A stretch of DNA of 64,000 nucleotides from Squalus acanthias (taxonomy: Eukaryota): positions 6,758,001 to 6,822,000 of the forward strand of contig CM059452.1 of NCBI GenBank assembly GCA_030390025.1, read 5' to 3'. A program made the translations under genes and the position numbers. Below the pieces are notes generated by a model. That model saw only the letters and a list, made by a program, of their open reading frames with translations. It searched no databases and had not been told where the DNA came from. The stretch's first letter is position 1, and each line of letters begins with the position of its first letter. This document shows, piece after piece, positions 12,926-26,714 of this stretch.

Positions 12926-15900
12926 CACATTGTCGATTTAAATTCTCAAAATAACTTCCAGCCTCCCATCAGATCAGAACAGGCGCTGCTTTCTGGAGCG
13001 TTGCAGTCACTTCCTGAAACTGTTTGTTCTGATAGAGAGCTCAGGATCAGGCCAATCTCATTCAATCATTCTCTGATACACAAAATGTTTAAACGTTATC
13101 AATTCGTTATAAGTTGGGCAATTTTTTTGAAAGAAGACTAAACTCAATAAATGCGCGGATGTTTCACCGGAGAGATGGATATATTTTTAGATATCTGGCT
13201 CTCGCACTCGCGCCTTATTAGTTAGATGCCGATTAAGGTTCCTTCAACACTGTTGCAACAAACACTCAGGTCAGATACCGGACAAATACGATAGGGCACT
13301 GCAAAGGGAGATTTACTTCGTCATGCGCTGTAAGGTAAGGTTGAATTCAAATTAAATATCCTACTCCACTGCCCTGTCCGACACTCCAGGTATAGCAAGG
13401 TTTAGATTCCTAATAAAGTTCCCTTTACACTGTCCCGTCAAACATACCCAGGGTAGGTACAGCACAGGTTAGAAACTAATTAAAGCTCCTTCTATAGTCT
13501 CTCTGCCGTGTTTCTGAACTGCTCCATCTGAATGTCACAAACTGGGTTCCTGATCTCATTTCCGAGGCGCCTCCTCAACCTTAAAGTCAACCGTTCAAGT
13601 TTCTCACAGATACAAGTTTCATAATAATTCAGTCAAATTACACTTGCTGAAATACAGGAGCACGAACCAGCCGGTTTACAACCAGTCAGGAGGACTCCTG
13701 ATTCTCACACAGTGAGCAGGCGCACAGAAACAGAACAGACACAAACGGTGCAACAATCGTGCTCTCAGCAGATAGATCTGTTCAATCTGTCAATTTCAAT
13801 GAAGCTGATTTCTAATTGATCTCTTGTCAATTTCCGACCACCTCAACTCTGCACGTTTTTTTTAAACTTAAACTGGTATTCATGAAAAACACTTCAACAT
13901 CCAACCATTTCTCGTCTCTGTCGGCAATCTTACAAACCGAGTAAGATTTAATTTCCCTGAAAATAAGTAGCTCGAAATAATTCACATTCGAAGCAATTTT
14001 CTGCCCGTAACACAGGGACTCGGTGACAGAGTAAGAATTTAACAAACGAGGAGACACTTACATTGAAAACCGATTACACACTGATTTAATATAATTTCTT
14101 AATTAAATATAACCTTTAAAGTCACCGAGGGAAATCACGAAGTTAATTCATTAAAATCTGCGGCGACACTTTCTCGCGCTGAGCACAGCTGAGTCAGATA
14201 TGTATTGTTTCTGAATTAATTTTAGACTTAAATAAAAGTTCTCTCCAACCATTGAGATTTTGCAGTAACTGTATTCCTGTCCAGTGTGCAACGCAATTGA
14301 GAGAGGTCATTTATGTTTAATGAATTAGCACTGATGTTATATTGTAAGTTAACATTGATGTTAACTAATGTTACACCGTATAATTGAAAATATTCTTCGA
14401 GCCTGTCTGGCCCTTCCTCCTCAGAACCACGTGCACCTGTAACTTTTGTAATTAAATTAATCTGCTCGAATTTCAGTGTGTTATTTGTCATCTCCAGCCT
14501 TATTAATACAATTAATTAACAGTAATTTTAAACCTGTTTCTGCCTGGTAACTTATGAAATATTAGGGTTTTAATAAAATTGGCATGATAATTCATCATTA
14601 AAATATAAGCATCATATTTATACATAACGCAATCAGACAAATATATAATTTTTACTTAAATCAAATCATATTTGAATAATTAATACTGATCACAAACTTC
14701 TAATACTGTCCTGATCTCTACCTACACCTTTGTAAACTCTTCATGTTTCTGAACGCTCTGATATAACATAAACTCCGTCTATTCTCAGAGTGGATTTCAC
14801 ATTATGGATTTAGGAATGGGTTATTAAAAGAAAATTCAAAGTCCGGCCGGGGTCACATCTCACTAACTACCGATGGGCTGCAACACCGCCGGTTTACTAA
14901 AGCTGGACTCTCGAGTTGAAATATTCTTCTCAATCTTAACTTTAAAAAAATATTTTCATGAATTAAAAAACACCCGGGTAGTTTGCAGTCAGTAACAGAG
15001 CCTCCGCTATTTAATAACACGGACAACCTTTTATATTTTACTCCCGTAATTCACACAATGCCCGTAAATTAATAATTAAATATATTCCGCTATTTATTGA
15101 AAATAATCTCCAGAATGATCAGTGTAAAACTGGCAGAGAACAATTCATTCAGACCATCTGCGATACTGAAACTTAATGAGCAAATGGAGGAGAGACATTG
15201 TTAATCAATTTACTATTGATCAGAATTAAACATAACTCTCAGATATACTCCGTCCTTTGCCTATCGTTCTATCCCGTATACAGCAGGGCTATGGGAGATA
15301 GGATGTTGTTTTAAATTCAAAATAATATGAACCTTTTGTGAGTAAATTAATCGCCTTGAATTTCAATGGGTTATTTGTCTGTCTCCAGCCTTACGCAGTC
15401 TGAACCTTCCATGTATTAAAATAGAATCGCATGAACAATTCTTTGACTGCTTCTGTCTCTCAACCTTTGAACTTGCTGATTAGTTTAGTGATAATTGTTT
15501 CGCCATCAAACAACCAATAATATTGAAAGAGTAACAAGGATTCGGCTGCACAGTATGAATTTACTAACTCGGCAGATATGTTAAATTGACAAACTGCAAT
15601 TTACAACAAGGATTTAAGTTGTATTTAAATACAACCCGTCATTCATCTGTGTAAAACCGGAGGTAGCCAGTAATTGAGCGCCCCCAATCAAACTGAACAC
15701 AGCGCTGGAATCAATATGTTGTTATTAAAATAATTTCAGGCATAATGAAAAACTGTCTCCAGCCTCTAAAATGTTCCGCTCACGTTAATTGTTCCCACTG
15801 TAGAGCAGAATTGTGGAGGGCGAATAATGTTTAGTAAATTAATATTTATACTACAGCATATTTTAGTGACATTGGGGATATTATCGCATTACAATCGTTG

Positions 15901-17117
15901 ATTAATATTAATTTTATTTAACTACAACCTGAACACTTGTTAATTATGTAGGTCGTAATCACAGTAACATTTCACGCATTAAATATGAGCGTCGCAAAGC
16001 ATAGATTAATGGCTGAATGCATAATTATCACTTAAATAAAAAGATATGTTAAAATACCTTTCAATGATTTTTGATTTCTAAAACCTTCCTGTTTTCTGCC
16101 TACGATCTTCTTTCAAACAGTTTTAAACACATGTAATGTTTGCAATAGATCCGAAACCTGCTGCCGCTCGATGTGACCGAGATTAAACATTGTACAAACG
16201 CCAAATAGTTTCACAAATTCTAGTTATTCAGAGTAACACAGGCACAAACTCTCCTCAGCAGATCAACATTCTCGATAGAACCCTTCATGGAGCAGCAGCT
16301 TCATTCTATAAACCCTTTCCGCAGAATCAAATACAACATTGCAAAAAAATCTCAGTACAGAATCCAGCGAACAAGCCTATCACTCAAATAACTAATTATT
16401 TAAATTAACAGAAATATAAATAATGACAGTAGAACTGTGAGCAGACGGAACATGTTTAATACATTAATATTGATGTTGTAGCATTTTTGAAATAATATTG
16501 GGTAATATTACTAAATTACAATAATTTAATTTATATTAATTTAAATTTGTTCTGGCTGCAAATTTGTTAATTTTGTAGTTATTAATTACAGTAACATTTC
16601 ACTTATTGAATATGACCGTTGCTGTACATTAGATTAATAGATGACAATGTAATTATCACAAATAAAAATACATTAAAATATCTTAAGATTATTTTTGACC
16701 GCTGTAGATTTCTGTTTTCTGCCGACAATCTTATTTCAAACACATTTAGTCACATAATGTTTACATTTGATCAGAAAACCTGCAACCATTAGATGTCACC
16801 GAGATTAAACATTGTAGAAACGCCAAACAGTTCAACAACCGTTAGGTATTTAAAGAACTCCGGGCTCACAGTCTCATCAGTAGATAAACACCAAATCACA
16901 TCAATCAGGGACTCAATCCCTCAACAATATATTTTTCTGAAGAACCATTTTAATTCTATTATCCCTTTGTAGCAGAATCAAATAAAACATTGCAAAAAAT
17001 CTCAGTACATAATACACCGAACCAAAGTTTCAGTGAATGAATGAATTACTAAAATAAACAGAAATATAAAATAAAGACACAAATACAACCGTTACTGAAA
17101 GAGTGAATGTGTCTTAC

Positions 17118-17173
17118 CTGCAGTCACCGTCACCATGGTGCCTTGTCCCCAGTATTCGAAGTAGTTGGTATAC
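17118..17173 (-). CDS. IGHJ: IgM JH segment, apparently fused in the germline to a D2 remnant (DJ)
   Basis: Reads g-TAT ACC AAC TAC TTC GAA TAC TGG GGA CAA GGC... = YTNYFEYWGQGTMVTVTA, then donor gtaaga. It is preceded by a 12-spacer RSS rather than the 22/23 RSS expected of JH. Confidence 0.9.
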
Positions 17174-17201
17174 CACAGTGAGACTCGCCGTGCCAAATAC
17201 T
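17174..17201 (+). other. 12-spacer RSS upstream of DJ
   Basis: cacagtg (17174-17180) + 12 bp + ccaaatact (17193-17201). No nonamer-like sequence at 22/23 bp. Confidence 0.8.
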
Positions 17202-17514
17202 GCGGTGGACTTTTAACTGCAAAATACAGAGATGAAATTCCACAGCGCTCTCAAAACCCTGATTCCGACTCCCCTAAGAGTGAATCAGTGAGATATTTCA
17301 GTTTTTGCTGGTAATTATCTTTCTAAAGGAGATTAGAACACTTCTGAAGCACCTGTGCAGATTTAGCACGACAATCAACATTAATAAAGCAGAACACTTC
17401 CATACATTTTTACAAATCTTCATTACTTTTAACGATTATTTTAATTTAAGCCTAATGTTCTCCGACGCTCCTGCCGTGGCAGTGATCGCAGGTGTGAGCA
17501 AACTCCCTGTCTGG

Positions 17515-17552
17515 GGTTTTTGAATGAGGAGCTCGCTCTGTACAGCACCGTG
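17515..17552 (-). other. 22-spacer RSS downstream of VH-D
   Basis: cacggtg + 22 bp + tcaaaaacc on the minus strand. Confidence 0.92.
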
Positions 17553-17868
17553 ACCCCCTGTACGTCTCTTGCACAGTAATAGATGGCGGTGTCTTCGGTC
17601 CTCAGGTTCTTCATGTCCAAAATGAAGATGCTGTTTGAAGTGTCTTTGGACGCAGTAAATCGGCTCTGAATCCCTGGGGCGTAGCCATTGTTCGATGAAC
17701 TTTGATATCTAACCAGCCACTCCAGCCCCTGCCCGGGATACTGCCGGACCCAGTGCATGGTGTCGCTGCCAAGATCGAACCCGCTGGTTTTACAGGTCAG
17801 GCTCAGGGAGCCTCCGGGACTCCTGGTCTCTACCTCCGGCTGAGTCAACACGACATCCGACTGGACAC
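17553..17868 (-). CDS. IGHV: IgM VH exon with a germline-fused D1-like tail (VD)
   Basis: Acceptor ttacag. Encodes [12 protein letters not shown]...[24 protein letters not shown]...TAIYYCARD, then 11 extra nt gtacagggggt before the heptamer. Confidence 0.95.
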
Positions 17869-17995
17869 CTGTAAAAACAATCAAAAACCCCGAGGATTAA
17901 TCCTGGTGAAATGATTCCTGACTCTGTAACATTCCAGAGAGAGACTAACACTGAGACAGTAACAGTGAGAGACTTGGACAATAAAAACTACTCAC

Positions 17996-18041
17996 CGGAT
18001 AAGAAAGCCAGCAACAGACTGAGAGAAAGCGCCGACCTCAT
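17996..18041 (-). CDS. IGHV: IgM VH leader exon
   Basis: ATG...MRSALSLSLLLAFLS-G, phase-1 donor gtgagt. Confidence 0.92.
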
Positions 18042-18133
18042 CCTCCTGGCAATGTGTGGGAAATGGTTCTGACAAGAACTCACTGAGCAAACCCACTCCC
18101 GGACTGTTGTATTGCGGTCCCAGTGACCGGCAG

Positions 18134-18214
18134 TTAAATACCCGGTAGAAGGGGGCGAGGTTACAGGCGCCGCCTATTGATTCCCTGATAGAGGCGGCTG
18201 CTGGATCCACGTCA
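18134..18214 (-). promoter_or_regulatory. VH promoter: TATA-like TATTTAA and CRE-like TGACGTGG, no octamer seen
   Basis: TATTTAA at 18134-18140 and TGACGTGG at 18207-18214 (minus strand). Shark IgH promoters are known to carry a CRE-like element instead of the octamer. Confidence 0.55.
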
Positions 18215-19746
18215 CACCGTCCACATCACCAACAGAATGGACTTATATCTGGACTGTCAATGAAATCCCTTTATTTCCTCACTCCTTCACAGCGCATGTG
18301 AATCTCTCAGATTAAATTACATTATCAGGTTCTAAAGAGACTGCCAGTATGTGTTACTCCATCTCCCGCTCTCTATCCCTTCACTCTGTAACAATAAAGT
18401 ATCCCTATATTATGAATTGCTGTAGGTCTATGTATCTGAATGCGGGAGATGGGTAATGTGATTCTATTTACAATGTGGATGGCTATAGCTGCAGGATTTG
18501 GGTCCGGAGATGAGTAGAAAGCCCTCACATTATACAAGTGTCTCTCATTGCATTTCTCTAACTGCCCTTGAGTCTGTGACCCTAAGGCAGCCCTTTGAAA
18601 ATCAGTTGGAATATAAGTCGGCTTGCCTGATAATTAAGGAGTGAGTTGACGGAGACACATAAGAATTTTGGGGCCCGCCCGCTTCAGATCAGCTTTTGGG
18701 TAAAGAGAAGCTGGTGAATTTAAACTGATAATGCGATCAGCAAACCCCGGCTTCCAAATCCTTGCAGCAAACGTTAATAGCGCCTGACTGTGTAACATAC
18801 ACTGGTATCAGGAACACAGAATATCAGGACATAGCGGTAGGTTACAGAATATTACAAGAATAAATGCTTCATCTCCCGCTGAAACAGATCACAAACTGAG
18901 CATTTCTCTGCCCATTGGTAGCCGGGCTCTGAGAGGGGTTGTTTAGGAATTCAAATCAGCAAAATTAAACTGCACAGTGCGCGGCTGCTAATCAGTAATA
19001 AGGGAGCCCTTAGTTTCAATCAGGCTCACAACTCTGAGAATATTCAAGGAAGTGCAGCGGGATCGAGGCAATGCCACCTATTGTTTTATTTACTTTGCGA
19101 TTCCCACTGATCTCATTACAGTGTGGGTGTGGAGTCATTAACATCTCTCCCCAGCACTTCGTGCAGTGATGAATAAACCGACTGAATTATCTCGAATTAT
19201 CTTTATTTGGAATTTTTAATTAATTAGTATATGGATCCTATAATTTTTCTGATCATATTTTATAATATTGTGAGCAAGGAATTTACCGAAAGTCTTTCTT
19301 TAGATGTTATACCATGTAAAATGTTTCTTTCTTGTAAGAGCGCTGCTGAATAATTTAATGTTCAAATAGTTAAATCCCATCTTGTTTCCCAATTCATATT
19401 CACTCCAATCTGCTCCACACAGTATTTGGCAGCAGCCCAGCCGACTGCCGTCAGGGAGGCTCGAACACCCAATGTCATTTACAGGAAGCATCTGGCGGTT
19501 CTGTGCAGTGAATCAAAGATCTGTTTCCTCACTACTGACCGCTTGGCTGAAAGCCAACTTCAAACACTTAACATTGTGAGTGAGGCCTATTGATAAACAA
19601 ATCTGCCTAGCAACAGTACTGGAGTCAATTTTAATTATTTAGTTGTGTAACTGTGTGTAACTGTTCCCATCTCTCAGGATAGGAAATATATCCAGCGTCT
19701 CAGACATCCTGTCAGTAGCAGCAGTCAGCAGGAGGGTCTGTCCAGC

Positions 19747-19945
19747 NNNNNNNNNNNNNNNNNNNNNNNNNNNNNNNNNNNNNNNNNNNNNNNNNNNNNN
19801 NNNNNNNNNNNNNNNNNNNNNNNNNNNNNNNNNNNNNNNNNNNNNNNNNNNNNNNNNNNNNNNNNNNNNNNNNNNNNNNNNNNNNNNNNNNNNNNNNNNN
19901 NNNNNNNNNNNNNNNNNNNNNNNNNNNNNNNNNNNNNNNNNNNNN
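19747..19945. other. Assembly gap (~200 N)
   Basis: Run of N separating the IgM contig from the TCR V contig. Confidence 1.
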
Positions 19946-20939
19946 AGGCAGCCCCTTTACATTTGTGTCAGTATGGCGCCTCCAGTCCTTCCTGACTTTC
20001 TGTATCATTTCACTCCACACAGTGTCCATTTCTAACCAGCTGAACATCACGAAGAGAAGTCTGAAGGTATCCATGCGATACTGATGATCCTTCTATGGTG
20101 ATGGGGAATCTCCATCTCAGAGATATAAAGCGAGCACATGTCTGGGTTGAGAAGGGAGAAGTGTAATATTTGGAACATGTGGTCCTTTCATGTACAACAA
20201 AGCGCTCAATATATCCTCACCCGAATTACTTCAATCAATGCGGATACATAGCAGATCAATGGGTACATAATTTTTCTCCTTCCCTACCTAAATCCTTGCT
20301 CCTCTGTGAGCCTGGTGCAGTCACACCATTCTGATCACACGGATAAAAGGAGCATGAACAGTGACTTTCTTTACCGCCATACAGTCATTGTAAGTCATTG
20401 CCACAGTGAAATATGTCCCGTGGGTTTGGACATTGTGGCCGCAAATTGAAATGCCCTCAACTCCTTTAACCGGACTCCCCAGAGCCTTTCCATTTCAGCC
20501 CATTCACTCACTGAATGAATTGTTCACCAGTTGGGCGGGTAAGGTCAGTACATCACTGAGATGTGCTCAGGTTGATGGGGTCACCGGGATGAAGATATAT
20601 GGTTAGAGTGGACATGGAACATCATGCAGACAGAGCTGAGTCGGTGAAGTTGTTGAATTTGGTGATTTGAATGACAATTTTGGACAAGGTTATAGGCTCA
20701 GTGCTCTATGACATGAGGTTAAAGCAGATTCTCATTTCTCAGAAGGTTGCACTTCTTGTGCTCCTTGTGTAGGTTCGTGGAGAGCTGGTATAGGGATATA
20801 AAGACTGAAATAAGGTGCCATTATGAGAATATTTGGCAATTACTTATCCACGTCATTTTCTGCTCTAAATAAACAGCTTCAAACCGTTTCTTAATGCATC
20901 AAAGTGAGTTAAAATGAATTGATAATATTGCAGTGTTAT

Positions 20940-21370
20940 TGGTGATGTCCGCATGCCCGATACGAGACGCCCAAAACAGCGCTATACTCGGTGCTCCGAC
21001 ACGGCAAAATAGCCCCAGGTGGGCAGAGGAAACGCTTCAAGGACACCATCAAAGCCTCCTTGAAAAAGTGCAACATCCCCACCGACACCTGGGAATCCCT
21101 GGCCCAAGATCGCACAAAGTGGAGGAGAAGCATCCGGGAAGGCGCCGAACACTTCGAGTCTCTTCGCCGGGAGCAAACGGAAGCCAAGCGCAAACAGCAG
21201 AAGGAGCGCACGTCAACCCAAGCACCCCACCCACCCGCCCCTTCAACCACCGTCTGCCCCACCTGTGACAGAGACTGTAGGTCCAGCATTGGACTCATCA
21301 GTCACCTCCCTGAGAACTAATTTTTAGTGTGGAAGCAAGTCATCCGAGGGACTACCTAAGAAGAAGATTG
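20940..21370 (+). mobile_element. RTE-like LINE 3' end
   Basis: LRHGK..PGGQRKRFKDTIKASLKKC...W...CPTC.R...IGLISH (C-terminal zinc knuckle), ending in an aagaagaag tail. Confidence 0.8.
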
Positions 21371-21884
21371 GTGATGTGGTTTTCCGCGAATGGCTTCGAG
21401 TTGATTGGTTCCTGATTGACCCCCTCCCCCTTGTATAAGAGGCGCTCTCCCATAATCGATGGATTATTAAGGTGGTTTGTGCACAGTTCCCATTCCCGCT
21501 CAATACCCCGCACTCAGGAGTAACAAACTGTCTGTGCCAACTAACAGAAATAGCGACAGATGGACGGAGAGAGATTTCCGGTCCAATGGGTACTTCCCGG
21601 GACGTCATATTACTAAACAAATAATATTGCTCAATACTGTCGGCCTTCATCGTGTTTTTCAAAGGCTAAGGGATCGAATCGAGATTTTCTTAATTGCTAA
21701 AAGAGCTTTACTGGAGGGAAGATGGAAAGACTGATGCCTCTGCTTGAGGAGTCTGTAACCAAATCTTCATCAAATTAAAATAGTCAATAAGAGAGAGAGA
21801 GGTCAGGAGATATCGGGATGGGGGATTGTTGGAGCATTGGAATACTTTGCCAGATAGAATGGCCGAGGCAGAAAACATAAAAGG

Positions 21885-22330
21885 ATGCAGTAGTGTAGTG
21901 GTAATGTTACTGGATTAGCAATCCCGAGGCCTGGGCTAATAATATATCAATTAAACTCCCACCATGGCATTTCAATTCAGACTTTTAAAAGCTGGAAATG
22001 AATAATCTGGTGTTAGTGAGACTGATCATGAAATTATGGGATTGTGGTGAAACCCCAACTGGTTCACTAATGTACGTTTGGGGAAAGAACCCTGCCGTCC
22101 TCATCTGGTCTGGCCTATATACGACTGTAGTCCTACACCAACCTGGTTGACTCTTAACTGTCCTTTGAAGTGGCCTCGCGAGCCCCTCAGTTGCATGAAA
22201 CTGCTGCAAAGAGTAGAACTGCAGTCGTTGAAGAAGAAGGCCCCCCACCACCTTCTCAAGGGGCAACTAGGGGATGGGCAGTCAATGCCGGCCTTGTCAG
22301 CGGTGCCCACATCTCGGGAATTAATAAGAA
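21885..22330 (+). mobile_element. SINE-like element
   Basis: tRNA-like head gtagtgtagtggtaatgttactggattagcaatcc and a non-coding body. Family not determined. Confidence 0.5.
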
Positions 22331-23459
22331 TTGGAAAGTGTTAACAGGCAGTGGCATTCACTTCTGATTGCTGCCAGAGATTGATGGGTAGATGTTTGTA
22401 GGAAAGGGTATTAAGGGTTAGTAACCAAGGCCAGTGGATGGAGTTATGATACAGGTCAGCCATGATCTAACTGAATGGCGGAACAGCCTCGGGAGGCTGA
22501 AGGGCCTCCCCTGTGTTCCTATGTTCCTACTGCTTTATTAATATTGGATACAGAAATAAACAAGATCAAGATTGTCTTTTTTGCATGGACTGGTTGGCCC
22601 GAATGGCCTGTTTCTGTGCTGTATATTCTATGTAAATATGACCCGGCAAAAGATACATTTTATGGTTAGAAAACATGATTTACACAGAGCGAGGTGAGGA
22701 TGTGGAATTCTCTGCCAGAAAGTATATTTGACTCCGCCTCTTGTGGAAGAGTGAAGGGATTTGGGATTCCAGGTACTTTCTAGATCATATCAATTCGTGG
22801 TCAATAATAACAATATGCTCCGGTTACACATCTCTCTGTCTGTCTATCTGTTTATGACACCTTGAGGAAACATTGTGGATGGAAGAATTGTTATCCTTCT
22901 CCTTCGGACTACACCGTGAGATTGGACCATGTCACAGTCTCCCGCGACCTAACACCTGCAGTTTATGTGTCGGCTCTTGCCCTAAATACACCAGCGGGTG
23001 CGGTGTTAAAACACTGAAGTATTTCTTGGAATCCCCGGCTGTCACCTGTGGAACCCTTAAACTGACCGCTCGATAGGTTTTGGCCAAAGAAGAGGTGAAG
23101 TTGAATTTATAACAGTAATTTTAGACATTCCGCCTTTAATTCCTCCTGATCCATTGCCCCTCTTCTGGTTCGCCTAGGAAACTCCTCTAGGTGAACGTAA
23201 CCCTGTAAATGCGGAATTATGAATCATGTTTAATAAACTCAGGGGCCTGTAGTAGATAGAGTTCATCAGCAGGTGGCGACAGCGATCTTATTGAAACATG
23301 AATCCTGCAGAGGCCGATGTTGCTGTGCCCACAAGTCGCTGTCAGAACAAGTAATATCATTGCTATCAATATTGATAATACTCAGATTACTGCTCCGTCG
23401 AAGTTTAAGAGAGCATGTACCCTTAGACATAATCTGAAGGAGAAATAAATATTGCATTT

Positions 23460-23970
23460 ATTTCAATCCACACATTAGGAAGGATGTCAAGGTCTTGGAT
23501 AGGGTGCAGAGGAGATTTACTAGAATTGTACCAGGGATAAGGGACTTCAGTTATGTGGAGAGACTGGAGAAGCTGGGATTGTTCTCCTTAGAGCAGAGAA
23601 GTTTAAATGGAATTTAATAGAAGTGTTCAAAATCATGAAGGGTTTTGATAGAGTTAACAGTGTGACATGTTTCCACTGGCAGGAGTGTCGGTAACCACAG
23701 GATAAAGAATTAAGATAATTGCTAAAGAAACAGCGGGGATATGAGGAGATTTAAAGAGCGAGTTGTTATGATCTGGAATGCACTGTCTGAAAGGGTGGCG
23801 GAAGCAGATTCAAAAGTATCTTTCAAAAGGGAATTATATAAATACTTGAAAGGAAACATTTGCAAGGCTTTGGAGACAGAACAGGAGAGTGGAACTAATT
23901 GGATAGCTCATTCAAAGAGCTGGAACAGGCACAGGCACGATGGGCCGAATGGCCTCCTTCTGTGACGTAA
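23460..23970 (+). mobile_element. CR1 LINE 3' fragment
   Basis: Degenerate RVQRRFTR...LEKLGLFSLE...VVMIWNAL motifs and CR1 tail. Confidence 0.75.
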
Positions 23971-24679
23971 GATCCCATGATTCAGTGAATTTAAATTGCA
24001 CGAATCAAAAGTTTTGTAATTGTATTGTTGAAGTTACTATTTGTGATATTAGTATATGGACGCTGAATATCAACAATATTAACCGGTATTATTTTTAAAT
24101 AGTTTTGCGGAACTTTCTTTGCGTAAATGTCACCTAAACCCATTAAGCATTTTAGTAGCAGCTTGGCTAAAGTGACTTTATTCCGGTTTCAGAATCAGTA
24201 GATTGTAGACTTCACATCAACTTCAGAACCCAAGCACATTAACTCGGCGTCCAATCGGTGCAGCACTGAAAAGGAACTACCTTTCCTGAACGAATAATCT
24301 CTCCCCGCCCGCCGCACCTTGTCTGTTGAGGTGGACATTAAAGCTCCCAGGGCCCCAGACTGTGTCCGGGTCAACATTCCTCCCTTCAACCAAGTTCAAC
24401 AGAAATACAGTAACAGGAATCGAGCCACTTTGCTCTTTTGCTGATCTTTCTGTGCGCGAATCGGTCAAGTTCACCTGCAATTAGTTGCACTTTAAATCCT
24501 TTGGGAACTCACGTAGAATGTGATGAGGTGGTACTTCAACGCAAGCTGCTTCTTGATGCATTAATATCAGAAACAGTAACTGACATCTTAATTTTCCCAA
24601 TAGGAGCAATGGCAAAGTGTTGCCACCAGGTGGCAGCGAAAGCTCGATTGTTTACCTTCCACCAAACAGGCCCTGCCTC

Positions 24680-25700
24680 AATTATTACTGCACTAGAACC
24701 TGTCCCTATTTATATTACACCAGACTCTGTCTCAGTTTATATTACACTGGGCCCTGTCTCTGCTTATATTACACTAGATTATGTCTCTGTTTAGATTACA
24801 CTAGATCCTGTCTCTCTTTATATTACACTAGATCCTGTCTCTGTTTATATTACACTCGGCCCTGTCTCTGTTTATATTACACTAGGCCCTCTCTCTGCTT
24901 ATATTACACTAGATCTTATCTCTGTTTATATTACACTAGGCCCTGTCTCTGTTTATATTACACTAGACCCTGTATCTATTTATATTACACTAGACCCTGT
25001 CTCTGTTCATATTACACTAGGCCTTGTCTCATTTATTACTGCACTAGACCCTGTCTCTGTTTATATTACACTAGATCCTGTCTCAGTTTATATTACACTA
25101 GACCTTGTCTCGTTTATTACTGCACGAGACCCTGTCTCTGTTAAAATTACACGAGATCCTGTCTCTGTTTATTTTACACTAGACCCTGTCTCTGTTTATA
25201 TTACACTAGGCCCTGTCTCTGTTTATATTACAGGAGACTCTCTCTCTCTCTGTTTATATTACACAAGACCCTGTCTCTGTTTATATTACACTAGGCCCTG
25301 TCTCTGTTTATATAACACTTGGCGCTGTCGCTGTTTATATTACACTAGACTCTGTCTCTGTTTATATTACACTAGACCCTGTCTCTGTTTATCTTACACT
25401 CGGCCCTCTCTCTGTTTATATTCCATGAGACCCTGTCTCTGTTTATATTACTCTAGGCCCTATCTCTATTTATATTACACTATACCCTGTCACTGTTTAT
25501 ATTACACTAGACCCTGTCTCTGTTTATATTACACTAGACCCTGCCTCTGTTTATATTACACTAGACTCTGTCTCTTTTTATATTACACTAGACCCTGTCT
25601 CTGTTTATATTACACTAGGCCCTGTCTCTGATTATATTACACAAGGCCTGTCTCTGTTTATATTACACTAGACCCTGTCTCTGTTTATATTGCACGAGGC
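24680..25700. repeat. 27 bp minisatellite
   Basis: Unit tacactagaccctgtctctgtttatat. Confidence 0.95.
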
Positions 25701-26714
25701 CCATTTTCAGCTATCATTGTTCCAGACCATATCTCTGCTGGATGGATAGATAGGTATTAATGTAAATAAAGATATATGTGTGAGTGGGCAGGAGGATGCA
25801 AACATTTATGATTGGAAGCATACCTTTACTGCTGTTAATAAGTATCAGGAGCAGTGTACAATTTCTAATTGAACTGGTATTTTGTCGGTAATATTTATGT
25901 TGAAAGGATGGGGCGAATCTTGGAACAATCCCCCAGAGATGAACTGGGATTGAGGGGCAGGACTAAAGGTGAGAAATAGTGCACTGCCCTTTGCACTATT
26001 CAGTGGCAAACTCCGTTGTGTTAAAGTTTACTAATTCACACTTGTGTTGCAATGTGCCAATTGCTCACAATTTTTTTAATGTTAAGGATTTTTTCCTGCA
26101 GTATTTTCTATTTAGCATTCACGTCACCCACTGATTGTGTGACATTACCTGGAACCGTGACCTCACAGCACCACCGCATGGGCGGCTGCAGGGTCCTAAT
26201 GTCCAGCGGATCATTTACCATCTGTTTAAGAGGAACAGCTGAAAAAAGCACAGACAAAGTGTTTGCTATATGTGTGAGTGTGAGTGTGTGTGTACAAAAT
26301 ACATATTTTTTACTGTTTGCAAGTGCATTCTGCAATGATAAATGATTATCTTCACAATTATTTTTGAACATTTTCTTTTATTCAAAATGTAATTGCAAAT
26401 TGCTCAATATCTTCAACATTTATTAATAACCGATTCTCTTGAGTGCTCTTGTTTACAAAGCGATGTCACTGACCAGTCCGTTACCAAGTCAAGCATGACT
26501 GTCCGCGGTAATCAGTTGGAAAGGGGATTAAATCAGACCGAGGATAATGAGCAGCTACCCACCAGTCTCTGCGCATTATTGCCCAATGATCACCTCAGCA
26601 TCACACAGAATCTCCTGATATTTACCTCGAGTGTGTGATGATTGGTGCAAGTGATGGTAAAAATGAAACTGTACCTGTACCTGACATGAGGTTCATAAAT
26701 TTATAGTTATCTGA

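Noticed and set aside
19712-20074. ORF spanning the N run
   Set aside because: Artefact of the assembly gap.
24617-25631. Cys/Tyr-rich ORFs (YYTRPCLCL)n
   Set aside because: Translation of a 27-bp minisatellite.
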